Assembly: GCA_963764725.1 (NCBI GenBank)
Contig: CAVXTM010000010.1
Coordinates: 160,001-224,000, forward strand
Length of the DNA stretch: 64,000 bases
Direction: 5' to 3'
DNA from: an uncultured Gammaproteobacteria bacterium
Lineage (GTDB): Bacteria; Pseudomonadota; Gammaproteobacteria; JACCXJ01
In this document: positions 1 through 10,576 of the stretch, piece after piece
Layout of the letters: the number at the start of each line of letters is the position of its first letter
Position numbering within the stretch: the stretch's first letter is position 1
Position numbers and translations under genes: made by a program
Notes under the pieces: model-generated
The model's database searches: none
Told to the model about the DNA's origin: nothing
Seen by the model: the letters and a program-made list of their open reading frames with translations, nothing else

Positions 1-116
1 CCGCCGGCGTCGCTGGCCCGCAATCGACAACAAGCTTGCTCGGTCGCTTGGCGTCTTAGGGGATCCGACGACGATCCAATGGGCTCACGCGCTGAGAGCT
101 TTGCGAGATCGGTTTT

Positions 117-1112
117 TCACACTCCCTCATTGGGCCGACTCCGAAGCTCATCCCTAAGGGATCGATACTCTCCCAAGACCTTTTCCAGCGGTATCTCGCC
201 CACTGTCGCACCTTCGTTCGCAGCCCGCACACAGCGTGAGTGTTCCGAGAGGGGCCGGTACTTGGTGTACTCGCGGTAGATATTGGCGTGCAATGACACA
301 ATAGCCTTGTTGAAGGCCGAGGCGATATGCACGATCGAGGTATCAACGGTCAGAACAAGATCGGCGCACGCCACCGCCGCTACCGCTTCGATGATTGAAG
401 GGGTCTCATAGAGACGGGTGTTTGCGGTGGATTGAATAATTTGCCGAGCTTGTACGCGATCTCTTGCCAAACAGCAGATGAGGAAATGGCGCTTGCTCTC
501 CCTTGCAATCGTGTTGATGAGGCCTATCCATTTTTCGGTTTGCCACGTTCGATCGGAGATCGCGCCCGAGATATTCACTAAGTAGTAGGTGGAGACGGCG
601 TGTTCTTTGAGGAACGCGCATAAGCGCTGCGCCGCCTGCGGATCGACGCCGAGCACAGGTCCCGCGTCCTGCGCATGAATCCCCAAAGGCTCCAGAACGC
701 GCAAGGCGCGGGTGCTCATGTGCACCCCCAGTTGTTCGGTATCCGGGATCACCGAATGGGTGAAGACTCGCGGTTTACCGGGCGTGTTAAAACCGACGGC
801 GGTGCGATAACGACCGATCCTAGCAAAAAGGCGACTTTGCCTCGAAGCGTGATCCCTGGGATCGATCCAGAGATCGAAACGGGTAGTGCGCAAGGTGTAG
901 ATAAGCTGCAAAGTGCTCCAAGGCTTCTTGGTGTAAACATGCACCTTATCGACAAAGGGATGGGCCTGGACAGTTCGATAATTATTGCGCCCGGCCAGCA
1001 GGTGGACTTCGGGGATGGGATCAAGCTGCTTTAAGGCTCTCAAGATTGCCGTGACCAGCACTAGGTCCCCGATCCGTCCTAAAGCAACTACCAAGATCTT
1101 TTGCCGTTTCAT
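117..1112 (-). CDS. Glycosyltransferase family 9 (LPS heptosyltransferase-like)
   Basis: N-terminal ILVVALGRIGDLVL and C-terminal LTVDTSIVHIASAF GT9 motifs; overlaps the waaC stop. Confidence 0.85.
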   Translation of the reverse strand: MKRQKILVVALGRIGDLVLVTAILRALKQLDPIPEVHLLAGRNNYRTVQAHPFVDKVHVYTKKPWSTLQLIYTLRTTRFDLWIDPRDHASRQSRLFARIGRYRTAVGFNTPGKPRVFTHSVIPDTEQLGVHMSTRALRVLEPLGIHAQDAGPVLGVDPQAAQRLCAFLKEHAVSTYYLVNISGAISDRTWQTEKWIGLINTIARESKRHFLICCLARDRVQARQIIQSTANTRLYETPSIIEAVAAVACADLVLTVDTSIVHIASAFNKAIVSLHANIYREYTKYRPLSEHSRCVRAANEGATVGEIPLEKVLGEYRSLRDELRSRPNEGV

Positions 1113-2113
1113 ACGTGATTGATTTGTCCTCGCGGCCAGTTCTCACCTTCGAGCAGAGCTAGCAGGCGCCGCTCGACGGTCTCCCAGCTCAGTGCCTCGG
1201 CGGCAACTAGACTATGGATAACCGCACCCGGTGATGCGCCTATTACGCCCGTTCGACGCGGATCGGTAGCACAGTAAAAAGCAAGCCCTGGACACCCTAA
1301 GGCGGCCGCTACATGCATAAGCCCCGTATCCACACCTATAACCGCCATGGCGTGAACCAACACCGCTGCTAGGGCATTGAGATCCAGCCTCGGCAACACC
1401 TGGACGCCAGATACAGAACTGGCTATATGCTCAGCACGTTTGCGTTCCGCCCAACTGCCCCAAGGCAGGAGCAAGCTGACACTTTGAGCATCGAGCCAGC
1501 GCGCAAGCTGCAGCCAGTAGTTCAGCGGCCATTCCTTTTGCGGTCGCGAAGTGCCATGCAGTCCGACAAGATAGGGCTGAGGCAGATCGCTTTGGCGTGG
1601 AAGCTGGATACGCATGGCTGTCAGGCCGTAATCGAGGGGAAGCCCGTCATGCCGATAATTTAGAGCAGCCGCGAGCAGTCGGCGATTTCGTTCTATAGCA
1701 TGTAGATCCCAGGGCACTGCAACGGTGCGCTGGTAAACCCATGCCGCGAGGGGTTCTCTCGCGCTCTTCCGGTCGTAGCCCCAGCGCAGCCCTCGAGCCC
1801 ACGAGGCGAGAAGGGCGCTCTTGTAAAGCCCCTGGCTGTCGATCACGGCAAGATAGTCTTGCCTGCTTAATTGGGCTCTGAAAGTGCTGATCTCCCGCCA
1901 GGTCAAGCGCCGCGCCAGTGTGCTACACCAACGACGAAAGGCGACAGGCAGCACCTGATTTACTTTGGGATGCCAGCTCGGGATAGCGCTATACCCTTCT
2001 TCCACCACCCAGTCTACGCCAAGCCCGTGACAACAGCGTGCGGCATCGCTTACCGCCGGCAGCATATGCACCACATCGCCAAGCGATGAGGTCTTGACGA
2101 CCAATATCCTCAT
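1109..2113 (-). CDS. waaC: LPS heptosyltransferase I
   Basis: MRILVVKTSSLGDVVH, DSQGLYKSA, HAIERNR, GVDTGLMHVAAA. Confidence 0.9.
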   Translation of the reverse strand: MRILVVKTSSLGDVVHMLPAVSDAARCCHGLGVDWVVEEGYSAIPSWHPKVNQVLPVAFRRWCSTLARRLTWREISTFRAQLSRQDYLAVIDSQGLYKSALLASWARGLRWGYDRKSAREPLAAWVYQRTVAVPWDLHAIERNRRLLAAALNYRHDGLPLDYGLTAMRIQLPRQSDLPQPYLVGLHGTSRPQKEWPLNYWLQLARWLDAQSVSLLLPWGSWAERKRAEHIASSVSGVQVLPRLDLNALAAVLVHAMAVIGVDTGLMHVAAALGCPGLAFYCATDPRRTGVIGASPGAVIHSLVAAEALSWETVERRLLALLEGENWPRGQINHV

Positions 2114-2319
2114 GGGAGATCTATGCGACCGATTGCCCCTCGATCAACCGATCTAATCCTTGCGCCGCTCGCGTAGCCACTTCATTCTTGGAGATCGCGT
2201 TTGCATTTCCTCAGCCGAAGGAACAACCCTCTGCGGGCTCTGCTGCTTACGTGACGCGGCGGCAACACCATTAACTGTGACCGTGGCTTCAGCCCGTGGG
2301 GAGAAAAACAAAGCCGTTA

Positions 2320-3084
2320 TTATTCAGAATCAGAGCGCTCTTTTCGATCAGGGAGATAGGCCAGTTTTAGATAGCGGTAATAAGTACCTTCCGCATTTGA
2401 AATAGCGAGCATTAAACCCTCCCGGCCATCCAGCAACCCTGCTTTCAAAAAATAGGTCCTAATAAAGGCCCATAGTCCATGGGCGAGGGCGGCCCCTAGC
2501 CCTCCCCGCTTCCCCTGCTCACGCAACAACTGGGCACCCTCGCTGGAATAGCTATTTATCTTGTCCAAAACCTCCTCCAGGGAACCATAGGTCTCATGGA
2601 TCAGCGGTTCTTGCAAGCGTCCGAGCGGTCCCGTCATGATAACCTTTTCATGGACCCGTCTATTGCAAAAACGACCCTGTTCCCTCTTGAACAAGCGCAG
2701 CACAGGATCCGGCCACCATCCGCCATGGCGTAGCGCCCGGCCGCAGTAGCTGGACCGCCGTGGGATTTCATAGCCGACAAAGCGCTCCGAACGGATGGCC
2801 TGCTGGATCTCCTGTCGTAGCGCAGGCGATACGCGCTCATCCGCGTCCACCGAAAGGACCCATTCACCGGTCGCATAGCTCAAGGCCCGGTTCTTCTGGG
2901 GGCCGAATCCGCACCAATCTTCACGGACATAAACCTTGTCGGTATATTCACGGCAGATGGCGACCGTATCGTCGTGGCTGCCCCCGTCCACCACCACGAT
3001 CTCGTCGGCCCAGGCTACGGACTCGAGACAGGCGCGGATATCGATCCCTTCCTCCTTGGTGATGAGGGTGACACTTAAGCTCAT
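2320..3084 (-). CDS. Glycosyltransferase family 2 (LPS core beta-glucosyltransferase, KdtX/LgtF-like)
   Basis: DEIVVVDGGSHDDT, GFGPQKN, SVDADERVS, VHE, GLLDGREG. Confidence 0.88.
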   Translation of the reverse strand: MSLSVTLITKEEGIDIRACLESVAWADEIVVVDGGSHDDTVAICREYTDKVYVREDWCGFGPQKNRALSYATGEWVLSVDADERVSPALRQEIQQAIRSERFVGYEIPRRSSYCGRALRHGGWWPDPVLRLFKREQGRFCNRRVHEKVIMTGPLGRLQEPLIHETYGSLEEVLDKINSYSSEGAQLLREQGKRGGLGAALAHGLWAFIRTYFLKAGLLDGREGLMLAISNAEGTYYRYLKLAYLPDRKERSDSE

Positions 3085-3108
3085 GTTAAGCGAGGCACCC
3101 CTCCCATA

Positions 3109-4344
3109 CTATGGATCAATCCGACGTGTGCTATCCTCACTTTCTAACGCCAGCATCGCGCCACACCATAAGGCTAGAAAACGTCCCTCGGAAAAGGTGG
3201 AAAAATGGGAACTGAAAAGGCTCGTGGCGCACCACGACACCAAGACACCGAGTCCGAGGATACGATAGGGCAAGGAAGCCTTCTGGCGGAAGGCGAACAG
3301 GATGAATGTGAGGAAGACGGCTAAGCCGAACAGGCCGTATTCCGCCGTGATGTTGAGAAACTGATTGTGGGGATCGCTAGCAACTAGCCCTTGCCAACCC
3401 GATACGCCCACGACCTCGTGGCGATACGCTTGTTCGAATCCCCCCGTGCCGCAACCGAACCACGGACGCTCGCCGATCAAGTCAAGCGTGTTTTCCCATA
3501 TTACGACGCGCCGGCCCATCGATGTCCGTTCGAGGGATTGGTCATAGTTCCGTATCTCATGTAGCGCCTTCGTCACCCTCTGCTGCGCTACCGGCGACGT
3601 GGCCAGCAACACGGCTGCTAGCGCCGGCACCAGCACGGCCTGAGCATAACGCGCGGGGCCCCGAACCAAGAACATCGCGAAGGTGGCACAGAGCACCATC
3701 AGTACCAAATAACCGCTGCGCCCTTTGGTCACGTATACGATGTTGGCAACCAAGAGGACGAAGCTCATCTCTAAGAACCGTCTCTGGAAGACTTTCAAGT
3801 CCGCGGCAGAGCGCCATAGGACGGCGGCGGTAAAGGCAGCGACAGCGAAGATCATGCCCTGCGTCGCATGATTGCGTATCGTGATCCCGGGAGGATACTT
3901 GTAAATGTTCAAATTCATTATCAAGCTCAGGTAGGATACTAAGGCACACAGGGTAGCCACAGCGATCAAGATCCAGGCAAGCCGCCGCTTCCAATGCGTG
4001 TCGTCGAAAATGGCTGCGGCCAGAGGCAAGAGCAGCAGTTTGCGCCAACTCCACCACATGCTCAGGCTGTCGTGCCACGGTACGATGCTGTAAAGCGTGC
4101 CGATACTGATCAAGGCATAGAGCGCGAGCCCGGCCGTAACCAACGGTTGGCGGAGCGCGGCAAGCAGCCGTGCACGTAGGTCTGCTGCAAACGCGAAGCA
4201 TGCAACGAGCGCCACCTCCGCGAGAGTGGTCAGGGGCGGTGAGAACAGAAGCGCGACCATGGTCAAGGCGACGCTCCAGCGCGCAGCCTCGAGGGCCTTG
4301 CCGGTGTGCGAGGCGGCCCGCATGCGAGTTCGGGAAGTTTGCAC
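3109..4344 (-). CDS. O-antigen ligase family protein
   Basis: Multiple hydrophobic segments, GRSG, RPWFGCGTGGF, PHNQFL. Confidence 0.85.
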   Translation of the reverse strand: MQTSRTRMRAASHTGKALEAARWSVALTMVALLFSPPLTTLAEVALVACFAFAADLRARLLAALRQPLVTAGLALYALISIGTLYSIVPWHDSLSMWWSWRKLLLLPLAAAIFDDTHWKRRLAWILIAVATLCALVSYLSLIMNLNIYKYPPGITIRNHATQGMIFAVAAFTAAVLWRSAADLKVFQRRFLEMSFVLLVANIVYVTKGRSGYLVLMVLCATFAMFLVRGPARYAQAVLVPALAAVLLATSPVAQQRVTKALHEIRNYDQSLERTSMGRRVVIWENTLDLIGERPWFGCGTGGFEQAYRHEVVGVSGWQGLVASDPHNQFLNITAEYGLFGLAVFLTFILFAFRQKASLPYRILGLGVLVSWCATSLFSSHFSTFSEGRFLALWCGAMLALESEDSTRRIDP

Positions 4345-4359
4345 GAATAACGTGGCGGC

Positions 4360-5145
4360 TTAGCTCCTGTTCGCCCAATCCGCCTTCAGACGCGCGAGCC
4401 AGCCGTGCAGCCGGTGTCGTTGGAATTTGTTCCAGCGATAGCGCAACTGATTGACCCACCTGCTGTGCTTCTGCCGGTGGCGATCGAGCACGCTGGGAAA
4501 GATGCCGGTCACGCTCCCTTGTTCGACGATGGGGCGGCGCAGCCAGTAATGCGCTGTACCCACATGCTCGTCTATCTGACGGATCAGGTGATCAGCGGTC
4601 CGAGTGACTCGGTTTGCCTCCAGCCATTCGAGCCGGCGGCGCATCGCTGCGAGGTCGGTGACATAGCCCTCGGTCGTCGCGATGGGGAGAGGGACCAGGG
4701 GCTCGGTCGCGAGGTGATAGAAATCCGGTACTTTGGTATCAGCACCGCCAAGGAATATAAGATAACCCTGGGATAACCGTTTGGCAGCGCACATGGCCTG
4801 GTCAAAACGGGTGCGAAAATCCGTAGCTAGAATGACGTCATCCTCGAACACCAGGATCCGCTGTAACCCTCTCGCGTCCGCTTCGCGCCATGTCTGGATG
4901 TGCTTCAGGACTAGCGATTGATGCGTTCGCATCAAACCCGAAGGACCGAAAACGTTTGCCAGCATCTCGTCATCGAGCTCATTCGGGTCGTGGGTCCACA
5001 TGAACTCAAACGCGATGCCATGTTGGGATAGTTGTCTCGAAACATGGTCGATGCGGTGTGTAAACGCCTTGACGCTGAGGACGTATACGGCATCCACCCA
5101 CGCATTAACAGACAAGGGTGAAAGCGATGAATCGGCGCTTGCCAT
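4360..5145 (-). CDS. Glycosyltransferase family 25
   Basis: YVLSV..R, SLVLKH...W, ILVFEDDV. Confidence 0.8.
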   Translation of the reverse strand: MASADSSLSPLSVNAWVDAVYVLSVKAFTHRIDHVSRQLSQHGIAFEFMWTHDPNELDDEMLANVFGPSGLMRTHQSLVLKHIQTWREADARGLQRILVFEDDVILATDFRTRFDQAMCAAKRLSQGYLIFLGGADTKVPDFYHLATEPLVPLPIATTEGYVTDLAAMRRRLEWLEANRVTRTADHLIRQIDEHVGTAHYWLRRPIVEQGSVTGIFPSVLDRHRQKHSRWVNQLRYRWNKFQRHRLHGWLARLKADWANRS

Positions 5146-5435
5146 GAGGAACTATTATCTCTGGGATTTCGTGATTGAAGTTGCGGGCAGTATTTTCTGA
5201 TTCAAAGATGAGTCTGAAAAAAGGTAGTAAAGCCTGGCCACCTAGGGTGAAAGAGTACTGGCCTTCCGGAGATAGTTCGTTGATCGTGCCGAGCATGATG
5301 TACCTCATGGCCAATCTCCTTCGTTTCCGGGAATGTGTCTTAGTATACCGCGGGCATCGTTAAGCACGAACATGGTGGCGTTTGGGGCACGAAGCGGTGT
5401 GCCCTGGGTGTGCCCCCTCGTAGCGTGAAAACTAG

Positions 5436-6314
5436 CTACGTCAGCGCCCGCCCGGTGAGCCGCTCGAGGGTGCGCAACGGCGAGGACGCAGGGTCGTAGA
5501 GAGCCTGCACCGGAAGGTACACGTCTGTTCCAGCATGAACTGCCCGCTCATCGCCGCGTGAGAAGTCTGGTCGGAGAAGCAGATCCACACGCTGCCCGCG
5601 GCAAAGGACACGGTGGTCTGAGGCGCGTTTCGCTGATAGTCAAGGTCGCTCTTCATGCAGTCGTGCAGCACGAGCATGAAGTGGTCGTACGCGCTGCGCC
5701 GCGACTTGGTGATGGACAGCACGTCCATCAGCCATGCCGACCCGGGCAGTGGAGGCCGGATCCGCGGGAGCAGGCGCATCGCCATGCTCTCGAACGCCTC
5801 GCCCACACGCCAGACTCTCGGTTCGGCGTTCGGATGGACGTTGGCGAACACGCGGAGAATGCGCAGGCCGCGGTTCGGACGGGAAGGGAAAGCATCTATG
5901 TGCAGCCGTGAATCGTCCTTGCGCCAGGACGCCGCACGGCCTTCCACGCGCACTGGCCGGTAGCTCGTGCCGGCCGGCTGCAGCTGCGGCACGTACGCCG
6001 GAAACAGCCGCGCGATCAAGCCGACCGCTTGCGCCCGGAAGCGCGCCACAAGCGCGCGCAACTCCGCCACCTCGTGTGGGGACCCGGCTGCACCCTTGAG
6101 GGGCGCGTCGTCGTTGTCGAGGGCGATGTTCTTGCTGCGGCCGTTCGACCAACGCGGGTCGAGGAAGCGGTGTTCGTCCTCGCGAAACGCGAACGCGAGA
6201 CGCGGCAGGTACAACACCCGGCCCGCTTCGATTTCCCGCGCCAGGGACGCACCGGCCTCCGCCACCCGCGGGCGGCGTCCAGGTATCGAGCGCGAGCGTA
6301 TGGACGGCGTTCAC
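5436..6314 (-). pseudogene. Kdo hydroxylase (KdoO family), two frameshifts
   Basis: SWRKDDSRLHIDAFPSRP and HAAMSGQFMLEQT; N-terminus MNAVHTLALDTW is out of frame near 6268; C-terminus YLPVQALYDPASSPLRTLERLTGRALT* is out of frame near 5520. Confidence 0.8.
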
Positions 6315-6338
6315 GCTGCTGAAGAGGTTATCTCTCGG

Positions 6339-7362
6339 TCATGGGTTGGGCATGGAGAGCATCCGTTGCGTAAAGCTGATCAACCCCAAATCGGCCACAG
6401 CAAAGTCGTCCCTAGTCGGGGCAGCATCCGGGCTCCAGGCGTGGTAGAGGGGCACTTTGCCGTAGAAAGAGGCCCATTGTGTGAAAGTGCTCGGGGGCCC
6501 AATGAGTAGGTCGCAGCCCGCTAGGGCATACAGAATCCTCGACCGCCACGCCGCTGCTCACGTGGATTCGGAGGCCCCCCGGAAAGTCATTGGGGCGGGG
6601 AGCGCCATCGGAACACACTAGGAATCCCAGGCGGTGCCTCGGAAATATGTCACGAACCCGCCGCATCAGGTGGGCGTACTCGGGGTAATCGAAGTAATAG
6701 CGTCCGCTCAAAAAACCACGATAATCCCCGTGGCGCACGTGCACGCCAACCAGCAGGTCGCAGTCTGCGCGTGCCCGGCGGAGTATCGCTGCGATGGCAT
6801 CCCGATGCCTGGCCACCGGTACGAAGAATGCCCGAATGAGTTTCCCGTATTTGGGGACCCCCACGGCGTACCGGAAACCCCAGTCGCGCAGCAATACTAG
6901 CCGCGAACCCTCGATCAGGGAGGATATGGCCGGGCTCCCGAGCTCACAGGCCCCGGGACCGACAGGGGTTTCGATGCCTCGAATCCAGGGCGCAAGGGCG
7001 GGGAAACGGTTGACAGCGCGGGTGAGACCGAAGGCGACGTGATAGAGCAGGCGGGTCCATCGTATCGCTGCAAACAAAGGCAGGAGCAGCGATCGCACTG
7101 GGTGCGGCGGCGGAGCGGGGTAGGGCGAGAGGACGGTGGGGCGGGTAGGCTCGAACATCCCGGCGTAGGACTGAAAGGCGGGATTGAGAACGCGATAACC
7201 CCGTTCCTCCGCGAAGGCAATGACGTTCGCGAATAATATCAAACGGTTGGCAAGGCGCCCCGTACGCAGGGCGATCACTAGTCGCCTGCCGGGTGTTCTC
7301 GCGGTGTCGTTCATGCTGGGTCGGTCCAGGCCTTCCGGGCTGAAGGCCGTCGCGACAGCCAT
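6339..7362 (-). pseudogene. Alpha-1,2-fucosyltransferase-like (GT11), frameshifted near C-terminus
   Basis: GRLANRL and VGVHVRHGDY; an extra T near 6535 displaces EDLYALAGCDLLIGPPSTFTQWASFYG into another frame. Confidence 0.75.
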
Positions 7363-7417
7363 CTAGCGGCTCGCTTCATCACACTGACGGCGCAAGCTGT
7401 TCCAATCCATAGCCGAT

Positions 7418-8284
7418 TCATTCGTGGACCAGCTTGAAGTGTTTTCGGCTGAGATCCACTCCCAACCAGTCCTCGATATGCATCATGAGCCAGTGCCGAC
7501 GTTCACGCCGGCTCGGCACGTGGGTCGGATCCGGTTCAAAGCCCTGCGCTGCCTCTTCGCTCAACCAGCGCCGTATCACCGCCGGATGCCGGCCAGAAAA
7601 TGGGCGCAGCGCCCTGGGGTCGATGGCGTAATGCGTAAACGACGGTGGCGCGTGTCCCCAATAGCGGCTCACCTTTTGGATCTTCGCCTGCATTTTTGCG
7701 GCAGAGCGCACGTGGCCATAATGGTGGATGGTTCCACCCGCGAGCGCCGCCCGCGGATAACGGCCCCGCTTATTTCGATCCATAACTACGAAATACAGCC
7801 CGTCGGGAGAATAGTTTCGGATCGTGTTGCGAATGATCCGCGGCGCCCGGCGATACCACCCTGGACTCACGGCTATCCAATCGGGGCTGCCGAAAAAGTG
7901 ATAATAGTCAAATACCAACGCTTCGACTCCAGGATCGGCCAGATGCCGCTTCATACTTTCACCAATAGCGGGCAGATCATCCTCGTGCAGGAGCTCGTCG
8001 CATTCGAGATACAAGGCCCAATCCCCCGTGCAGTTGAACTGGGCGATCATCTTCTGCTGAGCGTAGACGAAACCCTTGGCTCTCATCTGCTCGTTCCAGT
8101 GAGTGCTTAGAATGCGGAGCTTCGGATCCGCGATCGCCTGTACCCGATCCAGGGTATCGTCCTCGCTTAGCCCCACCGCCACTACGAATTCATCGCAAAG
8201 GGGTAAGGCAGAAACAATGCTCTCCACGAATGGATATCCGAGCATTGTTCCATTGCGAATAAAAGTGAAACCGCTGACGCGCAT
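7418..8284 (-). CDS. Glycosyltransferase family 2-like protein
   Basis: MRVSGFTFIRNG, DEFVVAVGLSEDDT, YLECDE, HHYGHVR. Confidence 0.82.
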   Translation of the reverse strand: MRVSGFTFIRNGTMLGYPFVESIVSALPLCDEFVVAVGLSEDDTLDRVQAIADPKLRILSTHWNEQMRAKGFVYAQQKMIAQFNCTGDWALYLECDELLHEDDLPAIGESMKRHLADPGVEALVFDYYHFFGSPDWIAVSPGWYRRAPRIIRNTIRNYSPDGLYFVVMDRNKRGRYPRAALAGGTIHHYGHVRSAAKMQAKIQKVSRYWGHAPPSFTHYAIDPRALRPFSGRHPAVIRRWLSEEAAQGFEPDPTHVPSRRERRHWLMMHIEDWLGVDLSRKHFKLVHE

Positions 8285-8296
8285 GAGCCCTCGTGT

Positions 8297-8338
8297 TTAA
8301 AGGAGTTGATTAACGGTCGCCATCACCCGTTCGGGTTT
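8297..8338 (-). pseudogene. Remnant of a waaF 3' end (KPERVMATVNQLL*)
   Basis: Resembles the C-terminus EPERVMAALDRLH* of the intact waaF, in the same position upstream of a GT2 start. Confidence 0.6.
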
Positions 8339-8519
8339 AACGAAGACCGGTGGCGCCGAACCGCCTGCCACGGCTCAGCACCGCTTCTTGATGACGGCCG
8401 ATGTTCCCCCAGGGATCAAAGGTCTCATCGCACACCTCTACCTGCGCCTGCACGTGGAGTGGGGCTGCTATGTTACGCCAATATTACAGCCTAGCGTTTC
8501 ATGGCGTAAACTCCGCTAT

Positions 8520-9323
8520 GTGCAACCCATTCAACGTCGCGTCGTGACCTCTGGCTCTCCCGCATTCGCCGCGCGCGCCCCCGATGGCTACATTCGGTTC
8601 CGGCTGCGGGGGGTGGATGTCGTGGCCCGGCGTGAGCACACCGATGGCGTCCGTGAGATGATCGCCCTGTCAACTCTGTACGAATATGCCGCTCGACACC
8701 CAGACCGGCGCCGGATCGAGGGGCGCGTTCCGGCATACGCGGTAACTCTTCCCGACGGCACGACGCGCGTCGTCGTACGTCACTCGCATCACGGCGGGCT
8801 ACTCGCCGGGATCACGCGCGACCGGTTTCTCGCGCCGACGCGCGCGCCGCAAGAGCTGTCCAACGCGCTGCGCCTCGCGGCTCTCGGCGTGCCGACGCCT
8901 ATGATCGTCGCCTACGCGGCCTACCCGGCCGGCCCCTGGCTCCGCCGCAGCGACATCGTCACCCTTGAGCTAGTGCCTGGGAGAGACCTCGCCGCCGTGC
9001 TCATGCAACCGCTAGTGAAGGACGACCGCCGCCGCGTCCTCCAGGCGGTCGCCGAGCTGCTGCGCACCCTCGATCGGGCCGGAGCACGCCACCCCGACCT
9101 GACCGTGAAGAACGTGTTTCTCGTCAATAGGTGCGGCGCCTGGCATGCCTACGTCCTCGACGTCGACCGCGTCGTCTTCCGCTGCACCGGCGACGCGCGC
9201 ATTACCGAGGCGAACCTCCGCCGGTTCTTGCGATCGGCGCGGAAGTGGCGCGACCGCTACAGCGTCCAGATCGACGAGAGCGATCTCACCTGGCTAGTCG
9301 CCGCCGTCACGCGCCACGGATGA
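8520..9323 (+). CDS. Kdo kinase / lipopolysaccharide kinase (KdkA-InaA family); start uncertain (ORF open from 8388)
   Basis: VVVRHSHHGGLL, RAPQEL, GVPTP, HPDLTVKNV, VLDVDR, NLRRFLRSARK. Confidence 0.8.
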   Translation: MQPIQRRVVTSGSPAFAARAPDGYIRFRLRGVDVVARREHTDGVREMIALSTLYEYAARHPDRRRIEGRVPAYAVTLPDGTTRVVVRHSHHGGLLAGITRDRFLAPTRAPQELSNALRLAALGVPTPMIVAYAAYPAGPWLRRSDIVTLELVPGRDLAAVLMQPLVKDDRRRVLQAVAELLRTLDRAGARHPDLTVKNVFLVNRCGAWHAYVLDVDRVVFRCTGDARITEANLRRFLRSARKWRDRYSVQIDESDLTWLVAAVTRHG

Positions 9324-10366
9324 GCGCGCCCGACCGTCTCGACCGCATTGGCATCGTCATGATGAGCGCGGTGGGCGACGCCGTGCACGTGCTCCCAGTA
9401 CTGAACGCCTTCAAGCGGTGCCACCCCGCAAGCCACGTGACGTGGGTGCTGCAGCCGGTGCCGGCCACGCTCGTGCGCGGCCACCGATCGGTGGACGAGA
9501 TCGTGATCTTCGATCGCGCACAGGGAATGCGCGCGTTTCTCGACGCGCGGAACCAGCTCGCGCGGCGCCCGTTCGACCTGGTGCTGAACCTGCAGGTGTA
9601 CTTCAAAGCCGGCCTCATCACCCACTTCACGCGCGCGCCGGTCAAGCTCGGCTTCGATCGCGCGCGAGCCCGCGACTTCAACTGGCTGTTCACCAACACC
9701 AAGATCCCGCCGCACCGCGGCCAGCACGTGCAAGACCAGTACTTCGAGTTCCTCGCCGCCTTAGGCATACCGCACCAGCCGGTGGTCTGGGACCTCGGGC
9801 CGTGGCCACACGAGCGCGAGTGGCAGCGTCGGTTCTACGCCCCCATAGCGCGCCCGGCGGCGGCGCTGGTGATCGCGACAAGCAAGCCGCAAAAGGATTG
9901 GATCCCTGAGCGCTGGGCCACGCTCGTCGACGCACTGTCCGCCGACTACGGCCTGCAGCCGGTGCTCGTTGGCGGACGGTCGGTGCGGGAGCTGCACGCC
10001 GAGGAGGTCATCCTGCGGAGGGCCAGGCACCGGCCCCTCTCGGCGCTCGGCTGCGGGCTGCGCAAGCTCGTCGGCGTTCTCGATGGCGCGGCGCTTGTCA
10101 TCGCTCCCGATACCGGTCCGCTGCACATGGCTGTCGCCCTCGACCGCCCCGTCATCAGCTTGATGGGCTACACCAATCCCAAGCGCACGGGACCATACTG
10201 CAAGTTTCCCGATCTCATCGTCGACGCCTACGGCGATCCGGGCGAGCCGTACCCCATCTCGATGGAGACGCGCCTCGATCGCATGCCGCGGATCCAGGTG
10301 TGCGACGTGCTCGACAAGGTGGACCGGTGGCGGGCGCAGTATCGCGATCGCCGCAGAGTTATATGA
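9320..10366 (+). CDS. Glycosyltransferase family 9 (OpsX-like heptosyltransferase)
   Basis: IVMMSAVGDAVH, LGFDRARA, HVQDQY, APDTGPLHMA, TNPKRTGPY; ATG overlaps the kinase stop. Confidence 0.85.
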   Translation: MSAPDRLDRIGIVMMSAVGDAVHVLPVLNAFKRCHPASHVTWVLQPVPATLVRGHRSVDEIVIFDRAQGMRAFLDARNQLARRPFDLVLNLQVYFKAGLITHFTRAPVKLGFDRARARDFNWLFTNTKIPPHRGQHVQDQYFEFLAALGIPHQPVVWDLGPWPHEREWQRRFYAPIARPAAALVIATSKPQKDWIPERWATLVDALSADYGLQPVLVGGRSVRELHAEEVILRRARHRPLSALGCGLRKLVGVLDGAALVIAPDTGPLHMAVALDRPVISLMGYTNPKRTGPYCKFPDLIVDAYGDPGEPYPISMETRLDRMPRIQVCDVLDKVDRWRAQYRDRRRVI

Positions 10367-10462
10367 CATCATCGGGACTCACGGAGAAACCGGTGCGCCG
10401 CTGCGAGATCTTGGATCATCGGGGCAGGGCATCTCAACCACCAGGGACGCGTCCGTGTGGGA

Positions 10463-10558
10463 TTCATCGCAAAGCGGTAAGGCAGAACGAATGCTCTCCA
10501 CAAATGGATAACCAAGCATTGTTCCATTGCGGATAAAGGTGAAACCGCTGACACGCAC
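10463..10558 (-). pseudogene. Truncated second copy of the 5' end of the GT2 gene at 7418-8284
   Basis: Translates VRVSGFTFIRNGTMLGYPFVESIRSALPLCDE; 86/96 nt identical to 8189-8284 by manual alignment. Confidence 0.85.
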
Positions 10559-10576
10559 CGGGCTGGGCTTTGAAGC

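Noticed and set aside
2280-2300. ACCGTGGCTTCAGCCCGTGGG, reminiscent of REP or IS200/IS605 hairpins
   Set aside because: Single imperfect copy with no associated transposase.
3471-3482. CGCCGATCAAGT shared with the CRISPR spacer (possible self-target)
   Set aside because: Only about 12 nt match and the flanks differ; compatible with chance.
4684-4693. GGGGAGAGGG resembling the IS110 target repeat
   Set aside because: Inside the GT25 coding sequence and lacks the rest of the repeat.
5105-5314. 69-aa ORF upstream of the GT25 gene, preceded by an AGGAG RBS
   Set aside because: No recognisable motif and it overlaps the GT25 start; may be a fragment, but I cannot support a call.
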